A model generated the notes under the pieces. It was given only the letters and a program-made list of their open reading frames with translations, did no database searches and was not told the DNA's origin. From the IMG/VR virus record IMGVR_UViG_3300036766_000708, positions 1 to 52,227 of that record: a DNA stretch of 52,227 nt, one strand, 5' to 3'. Source of the DNA: a virus. Taxonomy: Duplodnaviria; Caudoviricetes. Made by a program: the position numbers and the translations under genes. Positions 1 through 7,009 of the stretch are shown one piece after another (the first letter of the stretch is position 1; every line of letters starts with the position of its first letter).

Positions 1-2
1 CG

Positions 3-203
3 ATCGGGTACCAGAAGGATCAAGCAGAAGCGGCGTATCTGTCGTGCGAGCAAACCGAGTCAGTGTCTCCACGGTCGTTCTGGGGTATCGCACAAGGGAC
101 CACACGCGCCAGCCAGGACGGGCAGTACCAGAACGATCGTTTTACGCTCGACTTGCTAGCAGCAAAGGTGCTCGCCCGCGGCGCGAAGCTGGTAGCAGCG
201 TAA
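3..203 (+). CDS. C-terminal part of DUF932-family protein (5' partial)
   Basis: Frame 3 reads IGYQKDQAEAAY...SPRSFWGIAQGTTRASQ...NDRFTLDLLAAKVL..*, resembling a DUF932 C-terminus; TAATG overlap with next gene. Confidence 0.7.
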   Translation: MGYQKDQAEAAYLSCEQTESVSPRSFWGIAQGTTRASQDGQYQNDRFTLDLLAAKVLARGAKLVAA

Positions 204-475
204 TGGCCGCCATGCCTGCAAACCAGATTTCCCCAAGAAGGAGCAGAAGTAAATTGGGCCAATACGATACCTGGACTGGTCGAGAACTAGGCGAGCCGAC
301 ACAAGAACAGCTAACAGCCTTACGTGAATACGCATCAGAGCATGGTCGCAACTGGAAGTCAGCCCTGCTTGACGATTGGATGTATGCACGCGTGCCAGGG
401 CCACTACAGCAAGTGCGCAACAATTTTGGCCCGAAGTGGCTGATGCTGTTTGACATCAACAAGGGAGACGCGTGA
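203..475 (+). CDS. Hypothetical phage protein
   Basis: ATG overlaps upstream stop; EQLTALREYA..HGRNWKS..W..LQQVRNNFGPKWL. Confidence 0.75.
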   Translation: MAAMPANQISPRRSRSKLGQYDTWTGRELGEPTQEQLTALREYASEHGRNWKSALLDDWMYARVPGPLQQVRNNFGPKWLMLFDINKGDA

Positions 476-882
476 GCAAGGAACTAGGGCGGAGTCGGCG
501 GCGCGACGGCTATCCCGCGTTACCTGTCCTGTCAGCCGGTACCCCTGAAGAATCGCTTCAGGGGTACGGCCTTCGTGTTCTCGGTTTCGTCGTCGCGTAC
601 GGTTGCACGGCAACGCTGTCACTCGACGATCTGAAGCTGGCGGACCACACGTACCCGATCGCGGTCGCGCGTGCGGATCTGGATATCCGAGTACTCAACA
701 CCCTCCACACCGCACGGCGATTGATCCTGTCGGCGATCGGCTGGCTCGAGCGTGAGGACGATGCCCCGGTGGTACCTATTCCCTCAGTACCCGACATCGA
801 TACTCCCGGCGGAGCGCACGATCGCTTGATTCCAAAACCTAAACCGCTGGCACCCACTGGCGCGGCGAATTTCGCATTCTGA
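472..882 (+). CDS. Hypothetical protein
   Basis: GGAG RBS, GTGA overlap. Confidence 0.7.
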   Translation: MSKELGRSRRRDGYPALPVLSAGTPEESLQGYGLRVLGFVVAYGCTATLSLDDLKLADHTYPIAVARADLDIRVLNTLHTARRLILSAIGWLEREDDAPVVPIPSVPDIDTPGGAHDRLIPKPKPLAPTGAANFAF

Positions 883-892
883 GGTACCGACA

Positions 893-1306
893 ATGAGCGT
901 ATGTCCGACCTGTCATCAAACGATCAGAGCGGTCAAGCCACGCGTGACCGAAACGATCGATCCGTCGACCTTGTCCCCCGATCAACTGTTCGCGTACTAC
1001 AAACGCACCGCACCGATCGAAGACATCCGTTTTTGGTTGAATGTCGCGATGATGTCGGATTCACTTCGGAACCAAATGATCGCCCTGGAGTACGACGCCA
1101 CACGGATACCGCGTGCAGAATTTTACCGGCGGTTCGTCGCGCTACAGGCGACATGGCGACAGGAGTCAAACGCGCGCGAACGTCAGGCGCATATCGACGC
1201 GGGGGAGGTACTGACAGATGGACGCTGGGAAGTACCCACGGTCGACGAACCGGAACCGACAACGGGCGATCTCCTGGAAGGGGGTATCCATGCGGAAACG
1301 ACGTAG
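893..1306 (+). CDS. Hypothetical protein (N-terminal CPTC)
   Basis: GAGGT RBS, operon position. Confidence 0.75.
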   Translation: MSVCPTCHQTIRAVKPRVTETIDPSTLSPDQLFAYYKRTAPIEDIRFWLNVAMMSDSLRNQMIALEYDATRIPRAEFYRRFVALQATWRQESNARERQAHIDAGEVLTDGRWEVPTVDEPEPTTGDLLEGGIHAETT

Positions 1307-1463
1307 TTTCACGATCGCAAACCGCGGCATCGTCGAGTGGCACGAGCCCACGGCCGGCCCGTACCCGTACCACGTCACGATCCGGACCTTTGCCGGCGTG
1401 CAGTACCTCGGGGCAGTGGCGACGCTGCGTGAGGGTAAACGCGCCATTTTGGAGAACACGTAG
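1290..1463 (+). CDS. Small hypothetical protein
   Basis: GAAGGGGGT RBS before ATG 1290; tight packing. Confidence 0.6.
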   Translation: MRKRRSFTIANRGIVEWHEPTAGPYPYHVTIRTFAGVQYLGAVATLREGKRAILENT

Positions 1464-1465
1464 CC

Positions 1466-1714
1466 ATGAACGACCAGGACCTTGTGACCGACACGATCGC
1501 CATTCTGCGGGCGGACAAACCGGACGCGCTGAACCATATCCGAGCGCTGTACGCGGTCAAGCTGGTACCGCCGGTAGACCCGGTTGACACCTTCCACAAC
1601 CACCTAGATCGGTGCGATCGATGCCGGCGAATGCCGTTCGATCTATGTGCGACAGGTCGATCGTTATTGGCAGTAACCGGGCGTAATACAATCCAGGTGC
1701 GCGCCGATCGCTGA
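1466..1714 (+). CDS. Hypothetical protein, Cys/His cluster
   Basis: FHNHLDRCDRC...LC; last gene of the + strand early block. Confidence 0.65.
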   Translation: MNDQDLVTDTIAILRADKPDALNHIRALYAVKLVPPVDPVDTFHNHLDRCDRCRRMPFDLCATGRSLLAVTGRNTIQVRADR

Positions 1715-1752
1715 TCAGTACCGGACCTTCCACCCTCTCACCCGTCACTTAC

Positions 1753-1783
1753 CGGGTACTGGTCGATCACTGATCAGTACCCG
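1753..1783 (+). terminator. Stem-loop after early operon
   Basis: CGGGTACTGGTC...GATCAGTACCCG inverted repeat (one G.U); no U-tract. Confidence 0.35.
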
Positions 1784-2153
1784 ATATCCTCCGCTCAGCT
1801 AGTCTCATAATCACTCAACCTTCCTCCCTGTCCTTCCACGTCTCCGCTTCCCACTCGAACACGCGGTAACTGCCTCTGTTACAGTCACCTAGCGCGATCT
1901 CCCCGGTCATCACTTCCCGCCTCCTGGCTCACTGAAACGCGGCTCAGGTGGGTACTGATCAGTACTCAGATACGACACAACAGACACAAGGCAACTATGT
2001 AAGTTCAATCGAATCAACACAATACGGCTACTGTAGCGGGTTCCACCCGAACCCAGACAGGGAGTGGGTAGGCTCCCCGCGGCCGGAGTGTGCAGTGGCA
2101 TGCACATGTCGTTGCCGATCGATTTTTTCTTCAGAAGGCAGCTCTACAGTGAC

Positions 2154-2561
2154 AACTGTACAGTTTCAAAAGGTTATAGTTTCAGGAGGGCGGGCAGGAT
2201 GACACACTGAAACTGTACAGTTTCAAAAGGTTATAGTTTCTAGGAAGGGTGAAACTGTACAGTTCTCAGCGATCAGTACCAGGAAACTGTACAGTTTCAC
2301 CACTTTCCCCATATGGATATCGGGAAATTCTCACTTGATAAAGTTAAATCCGTCCGTCCTTTGTTCTCTTGTACTTACCTACTGTTTCATACTGATAAAA
2401 GCCGGTTTCTCAGACAAACCGTATGGTCTGCTTAGTACAAGAGAAGGGGGAAAATCAGTATGGTAAGTGCGGAAGGACCCCGGATTCATTGAGGGAATTC
2501 GTGTGTACTGATTATCCAGAGCCGGGAAACCAGTATGGGGGGTCTAGAAACTGTACAGTTT
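2154..2561. repeat. Array of five AACTGTACAGTT palindromes with a 30-bp direct repeat; origin/pac-like region
   Basis: Copies start at 2154, 2211, 2253, 2285, 2549; identical 30-mers at 2154-2183 and 2211-2240; AT-rich non-coding context. Confidence 0.85.
2409..2431 (+). promoter_or_regulatory. CAGAC-N10-GTCTG dyad, copy 1
   Basis: 22/23 identical to reverse complement of 49561-49583. Confidence 0.6.
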
Positions 2562-2814
2562 AGGATTTGTGGAACCGGCAGCGACCGACCGGAGGTAGGG
2601 TCATCCCCTGGCGGCTCCTCGGGAAGTGTTTGTACAGGGCGGGAGCGCCGCACAGGTTGCAGGTGTCAGTGGCTGTTTCCCTGGCCTTGAGGTAGGCGTA
2701 CTGAGCGGGAGTGGTCCGACTGAACGCACCCGGCGAGGACAGCGCGAACCCGGACACCCGTATCGAGTCCGGATGTGACCCGCCCACATTGCCGGAGTAC
2801 CCCCGCCGGCTCAT
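2560..2814 (-). CDS. Small putative Zn-binding protein
   Basis: CNLC...CRFH; ATGA coupling to upstream ORF. Confidence 0.55.
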   Translation of the reverse strand: MSRRGYSGNVGGSHPDSIRVSGFALSSPGAFSRTTPAQYAYLKARETATDTCNLCGAPALYKHFPRSRQGMTLPPVGRCRFHKS

Positions 2815-3077
2815 GAGGGACCCCCGGTCCATTTCGCGACCAGACACTCAGGACACAGGGGTGAATGATCGGCGATCAGGTACCCGTGTCCACATCCCTC
2901 ACACGGCTTCAACCCGGCCCGCCGGAGGTTCCTGACCCGTTCTCGCGGTCCCTGGACCCTGGTGAACCCGTACCGCCAGCGGACCCCCCGCGCGGACAAC
3001 TCCAACCGTACCTGCCGGGGTGACACCCCCTGCTGCAAGCGATCATTCACGATGGCACTGAGCGTGCATGTCTGCAT
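2811..3077 (-). CDS. Small Zn-finger protein (CxxC...CxxC)
   Basis: CEGC...CPEC; divergent from terS; start uncertain. Confidence 0.55.
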   Translation of the reverse strand: MQTCTLSAIVNDRLQQGVSPRQVRLELSARGVRWRYGFTRVQGPRERVRNLRRAGLKPCEGCGHGYLIADHSPLCPECLVAKWTGGPS

Positions 3078-3093
3078 GGATGATGCACCGGCC

Positions 3094-3122
3094 TTGCAAG
3101 TGTCGTACCGACATGCCATGAT
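3094..3122 (+). promoter_or_regulatory. Putative sigma70-type promoter for packaging operon
   Basis: TTGCAA-17bp-CATGAT with extended TG; GAGGGAGGG RBS downstream. Confidence 0.45.
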
Positions 3123-3149
3123 GCACTCGGTTGAGGGAGGGTCCCCCGG

Positions 3150-3815
3150 ATGTCCACTGCTGAGCGTCTCTCGCTTCCCGCGCCTTCCTCGCGCGTTCTG
3201 TCGTCGGACGGGCCTTGTCGTCCTGATGACTCCTCAGCGATCAGTACCCTCGCGTCGACACCGGCCCTTCCCTCGACCACTGACACCCCCCGTATCCGGA
3301 AGCGGCATCTGAAGCCGCCGAAGGACACGAAGGTCTACAAAATCGCAATGGCCTACGTCGGCCTCAAGGCGCAGGGACTGAAGCTCCAGGAAATCAGCGA
3401 CACGATCGGCGTCCCGAAGGACACCATCACCACCTATGTGAAGCGGGCGAACAAGCACGGCTGGCTGAAGCGGGAATTGCTCGGCGTGGAAGACCAGATC
3501 GAACTGTCCCTCCCCGAACAGATTGTGGGCAATGTCGCGGCCGTGTTGAGTGAGCGCGACGGCACGACCCTGACCCTCACCCCGGCCGCGCGAGAAATGA
3601 CGATCGCCGCGGCGAAGGGGTTTGGGATTTTCAAGAACCACGAAGCCGTGAAGGTCGACGGGGTGATCGGCGTCGGGTTCGCGCTGAAGGTGCAAGTGGA
3701 ACTCCCACAAGGGATCAGTACCCTGTCGCCGATTCAGATCCGCCCCGGCAGTGTCGGAGGGACCCCCGCGATCGACGCTGAAATCATGGGCGACGGGGAA
3801 GGAGCGTCCTCGTAA
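3150..3815 (+). CDS. Probable terminase small subunit (HTH)
   Basis: HTH GLKLQEISDTIGVPKDTITTYVKRA; first gene of operon containing TerL. Confidence 0.65.
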   Translation: MSTAERLSLPAPSSRVLSSDGPCRPDDSSAISTLASTPALPSTTDTPRIRKRHLKPPKDTKVYKIAMAYVGLKAQGLKLQEISDTIGVPKDTITTYVKRANKHGWLKRELLGVEDQIELSLPEQIVGNVAAVLSERDGTTLTLTPAAREMTIAAAKGFGIFKNHEAVKVDGVIGVGFALKVQVELPQGISTLSPIQIRPGSVGGTPAIDAEIMGDGEGASS

Positions 3816-4228
3816 TGGCCGGCTTTCTCTCGCCGCTCGAACTGGAGTACCTCGACGGGGTGACGTGGAAAATTACCGCGCCGTTTACGTACCACATCGG
3901 CGCGCCGGATGGCGTCGAATCGGTGCAGATTCCGATCGGCTTCGTGACGGATTTCGCGTCCGTGCCGAAAGTGCTCTGGAATCTCCTACCGCCCGTGGGG
4001 ACCTACGGGAAAGCGGCGGTCATTCATGACTGGCTCTATCAGGACCGCGTGATTGACGGGCCGTGTTTGCGTGTCTGTACCCGTGCGGAAGCAGACGCGA
4101 TTCTCTTTGAAGCGATGACGGTACTTGCGGTCGGTTTCCTGACTCGCTGGACGATCTACCTCGGTGTGCGGGTCGGCGGTTGGGTCCCCTGGTCCACGTA
4201 CCGTCGACACGAACACGAGTCCCGGTGA
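3815..4228 (+). CDS. DUF1353-family protein
   Basis: IPIGFVTDFASVP...YGKAAVIHDWLY...RAEADAIL...VRVGG. Confidence 0.85.
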   Translation: MAGFLSPLELEYLDGVTWKITAPFTYHIGAPDGVESVQIPIGFVTDFASVPKVLWNLLPPVGTYGKAAVIHDWLYQDRVIDGPCLRVCTRAEADAILFEAMTVLAVGFLTRWTIYLGVRVGGWVPWSTYRRHEHESR

Positions 4229-4234
4229 TGTCCC

Positions 4235-4585
4235 ATGCGCTCTCTCGCATCATTCGTCATGGGTACGATGCTTTCCACCGCATCTATGTCAACCGCACCC
4301 GTTACACCTTTGATTCGCGTGACCCCGCATGTGTTGAACGAGGGGGACACGATTCGGATTCGGTGTCAGGTCCCGCGGCATCCCGACAATCGCAAACTGC
4401 AAATCGCGATCGAGGGGTACCGCTATACGGAAGTGCCGATAGAAGGGGAGCGTGGCCCGGTGACGACGGAGATTACGTACCAACACGTTCCGTGTGGCGT
4501 CGATACCGTGAGTTGCGCCGTCGTAACGTCGATGGGGTACTCCCAACGCGTGACCGCCCCAATTCTGGTCGCATGTCGCGGGTAG
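4235..4585 (+). CDS. Hypothetical beta-rich protein, possible signal peptide
   Basis: Operon packing; hydrophobic N-terminus; 4 Cys. Confidence 0.6.
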   Translation: MRSLASFVMGTMLSTASMSTAPVTPLIRVTPHVLNEGDTIRIRCQVPRHPDNRKLQIAIEGYRYTEVPIEGERGPVTTEITYQHVPCGVDTVSCAVVTSMGYSQRVTAPILVACRG

Positions 4586-4767
4586 ATGACGACCAGGATC
4601 GCCATGTGTCGTTCTACCCGACGAGATCCGGACGTGTCGGGCCGACGAAAGCGATCAGGGTCCTCGAAGTGCATGACGATCACGACGTCCGTCTCGGGTT
4701 CGTGGTGATTACGGACACGCTCCTCACGTCGAGTCTCTCCGTGTTTTCGGAAGCGGAGGCGTCGTGA
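4573..4767 (+). CDS. Small hypothetical protein
   Basis: Fills gap; GTGA overlap with next gene. Confidence 0.45.
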   Translation: MSRVDDDQDRHVSFYPTRSGRVGPTKAIRVLEVHDDHDVRLGFVVITDTLLTSSLSVFSEAEAS

Positions 4768-5015
4768 TCATCTCGTTCGGCTTCAAGAATGGCCCGGTGC
4801 AGCGCGTGGACAAGACGTTCGACGTCCGGGATCTCACGCACGATATCGGCGATCGGGGATTCATCGAACGCGCGAATGAGATTCGCGATTATGCCGAGGC
4901 ACACCCGAACGAGCGTATTGCTATCGGCTGTACCGCTGGAAAGCACCGATCGCGGGCGCTCGCCAATCATGTTGCGACGGCGATCCGGACGTCCGTGCTG
5001 CACCGAGACAAGTAA
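4764..5015 (+). CDS. Stand-alone RapZ C-terminal-like domain protein
   Basis: SFGFKNG...FDVRDL...IAIGCTAGKHRS matches RapZ/YvcJ CTD motifs; GGAGG RBS. Confidence 0.8.
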   Translation: MIISFGFKNGPVQRVDKTFDVRDLTHDIGDRGFIERANEIRDYAEAHPNERIAIGCTAGKHRSRALANHVATAIRTSVLHRDK

Positions 5016-6575
5016 ATGGCGAGCAAGAGACTTCCGCCTCACGTCGGCCTTGAGGTTGGCAAAACACTGCTCTATAACCCGTACCAACAGGAATTCCTCA
5101 AGGCCCGCCGGATGCGATTCGCGTCCTGCTGCAAGGTGATCGGGTACTGCGGGAGCGACGGGATTTTCCGGTGTCCGAAATGTGGGAAAGCGGACGCGGG
5201 CGCGGACAGAGTGTACCGTCGTCTCGGTTGTTTCGCGGGTCGTCGTGGCGGGAAATCCATCGTGGGGGCTCATGGCGCGCGGGAAGAGGTCCTGGTTCCC
5301 AATACCCTCGGGTGGATCTGTGGACCGTCGTACAAAATTCTCCACGACGCGACCATGCCGGCGTTTCTCAAACTGATCCCGCGTGAGTGGTGCGCGAGCT
5401 GGGATCAAGAACATTTGGAGTTGACCCTTGTCAACGGGGCGGTTGTCCAATTTAGGTCCCTGGACGATCCGGATCGTGGTCACGCCGGGGTGGGTTTACA
5501 TTGGGTGTGGATTGACGAAGCGGCGTTTGTGGCGGAACTGGCTTGGGACTATCTACGCCCGGCCCTTACCGACTTTGGCGGTGCTGCGTTCTTTACTTCC
5601 TCCGTAGACGGGTTTGATTGGACCTACGAACGTGTGGAAAAGCCGGCGCTGATCGACAAGAAACCGGGCTTCTGGGCGGCGAAGTGGCGGACGATCGATA
5701 ACCCGTTCATCGCGACGTACCGAGCGAATGAAGTCGAAGAGGCGCGGCTGACCATGCCGCCTCAGTTGTTCCGGCAGGAGTACGAAGGCGAGCGGGAGAA
5801 CTTCACCGGGTCCGTGTACGGCGAGTGGATCGACGATGCGTACCTCGCGGACGAAGACGCGGTCAGGACGTTCATTCCGGAGTGGCCGCGGGTGGACAGT
5901 CGACGCGTGATCATTCCGCTGGACTCCGGCGCGGACCATCCGTTCGGCGCGACCAAAATGGTGGTGACGGAGCAAGGGATCGTCGTCGTCGCGGATTATC
6001 TCGAACGTCAACGGGCGGTCAGCGCGCATTTGGTGTCGATTCGCTCCCAGTTCTCGCCCCCGTCCGACACACTTTGGTGCGCGAACCGGAACGAGGCACA
6101 ACTGCGGCTCGAATTTGCCGCGCATGGGATCTTGGTCGCGCCCGCGGAAAATGATCAGATGGCGGGGATCCAACGCGTCCTCTCCTGGCTGTACACGAAG
6201 CAGTTGAAGATCGCGTACCCGGCCCGGCGGACGTTCGACCAGATGAAGCAGTTGCGATTCTCCCCGAAGAACACCGGGAAGGACGGCGAGAAGAACGAGA
6301 AGGAAAAAGTCTTCAAGCTGAAAGACGAACTGCCTGACTGTGTGCGGTACGGGTTGATGACGTGGCCGTCGTTGCCGAAGATCCCCGACGCGATCCTGAT
6401 GCGAGACACGCGGGGGATGGACGAGAAGACGAAGTGGGAGCTGGAAAAGATCCGGACCTATGCCAGTCGCGATAACGAACGGGATCTCGAACCGGCGAAC
6501 GACGAATATCCGACCGGGAATTTCTACGGGGTGAGCGAGGACGCGATCGGGCATGACGGACACTTCTACGGGTAG
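5016..6575 (+). CDS. terL: Terminase large subunit
   Basis: Walker A GRRGGKS, Walker B WVWIDEAAF, FRQEYEG, C-terminal nuclease DELPDCVRY. Confidence 0.95.
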   Translation: MASKRLPPHVGLEVGKTLLYNPYQQEFLKARRMRFASCCKVIGYCGSDGIFRCPKCGKADAGADRVYRRLGCFAGRRGGKSIVGAHGAREEVLVPNTLGWICGPSYKILHDATMPAFLKLIPREWCASWDQEHLELTLVNGAVVQFRSLDDPDRGHAGVGLHWVWIDEAAFVAELAWDYLRPALTDFGGAAFFTSSVDGFDWTYERVEKPALIDKKPGFWAAKWRTIDNPFIATYRANEVEEARLTMPPQLFRQEYEGERENFTGSVYGEWIDDAYLADEDAVRTFIPEWPRVDSRRVIIPLDSGADHPFGATKMVVTEQGIVVVADYLERQRAVSAHLVSIRSQFSPPSDTLWCANRNEAQLRLEFAAHGILVAPAENDQMAGIQRVLSWLYTKQLKIAYPARRTFDQMKQLRFSPKNTGKDGEKNEKEKVFKLKDELPDCVRYGLMTWPSLPKIPDAILMRDTRGMDEKTKWELEKIRTYASRDNERDLEPANDEYPTGNFYGVSEDAIGHDGHFYG

Positions 6576-6586
6576 GGGAGGACGGT

Positions 6587-6997
6587 ATGTGGATTAGCCG
6601 GCAATTTTTCGACATGGTCCTGAGCGACAACAAGCGCCAACAGTTCGACATGCAGAAGTTGCAGGCCGAGTGTGCGGTGGGCGAGGCTCGTGTCGCGGCC
6701 CTACGTGAACAAAAAGCCAAGGACGACATCACGATCGATTGGATGCGTCATCGGGTGAACGCGCTTGAGAAAGAAAAGGCGGCATTGCTCGTGTCGAAGG
6801 GGATCAACATCTCCGTGCCTGAAATCGTGCCGACACGTCCGGGTACCGTGTCCTCGACTCCCCCTGGATTCGATCATCTCCCCTCATTTGAAGATGTGGG
6901 AGACGAACAGGCATCGAAATTTGGCGTCGCGCACGACGATCTTGGACATCTGATCCTCACGATGCCGGACGCATCCCACGGCGGTACTACGAATTAA
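6587..6997 (+). CDS. Hypothetical coiled-coil protein
   Basis: GGAGGA RBS; between TerL and portal. Confidence 0.8.
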   Translation: MWISRQFFDMVLSDNKRQQFDMQKLQAECAVGEARVAALREQKAKDDITIDWMRHRVNALEKEKAALLVSKGINISVPEIVPTRPGTVSSTPPGFDHLPSFEDVGDEQASKFGVAHDDLGHLILTMPDASHGGTTN

Positions 6998-7009
6998 CAG
7001 AAGGTCATC

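Noticed and set aside
2154-2298. Mini-CRISPR array (30-bp repeat twice, 27-bp gap)
   Set aside because: Later copies keep only the palindromic core, spacing is irregular, and no cas operon is present; fits protein-binding repeats better
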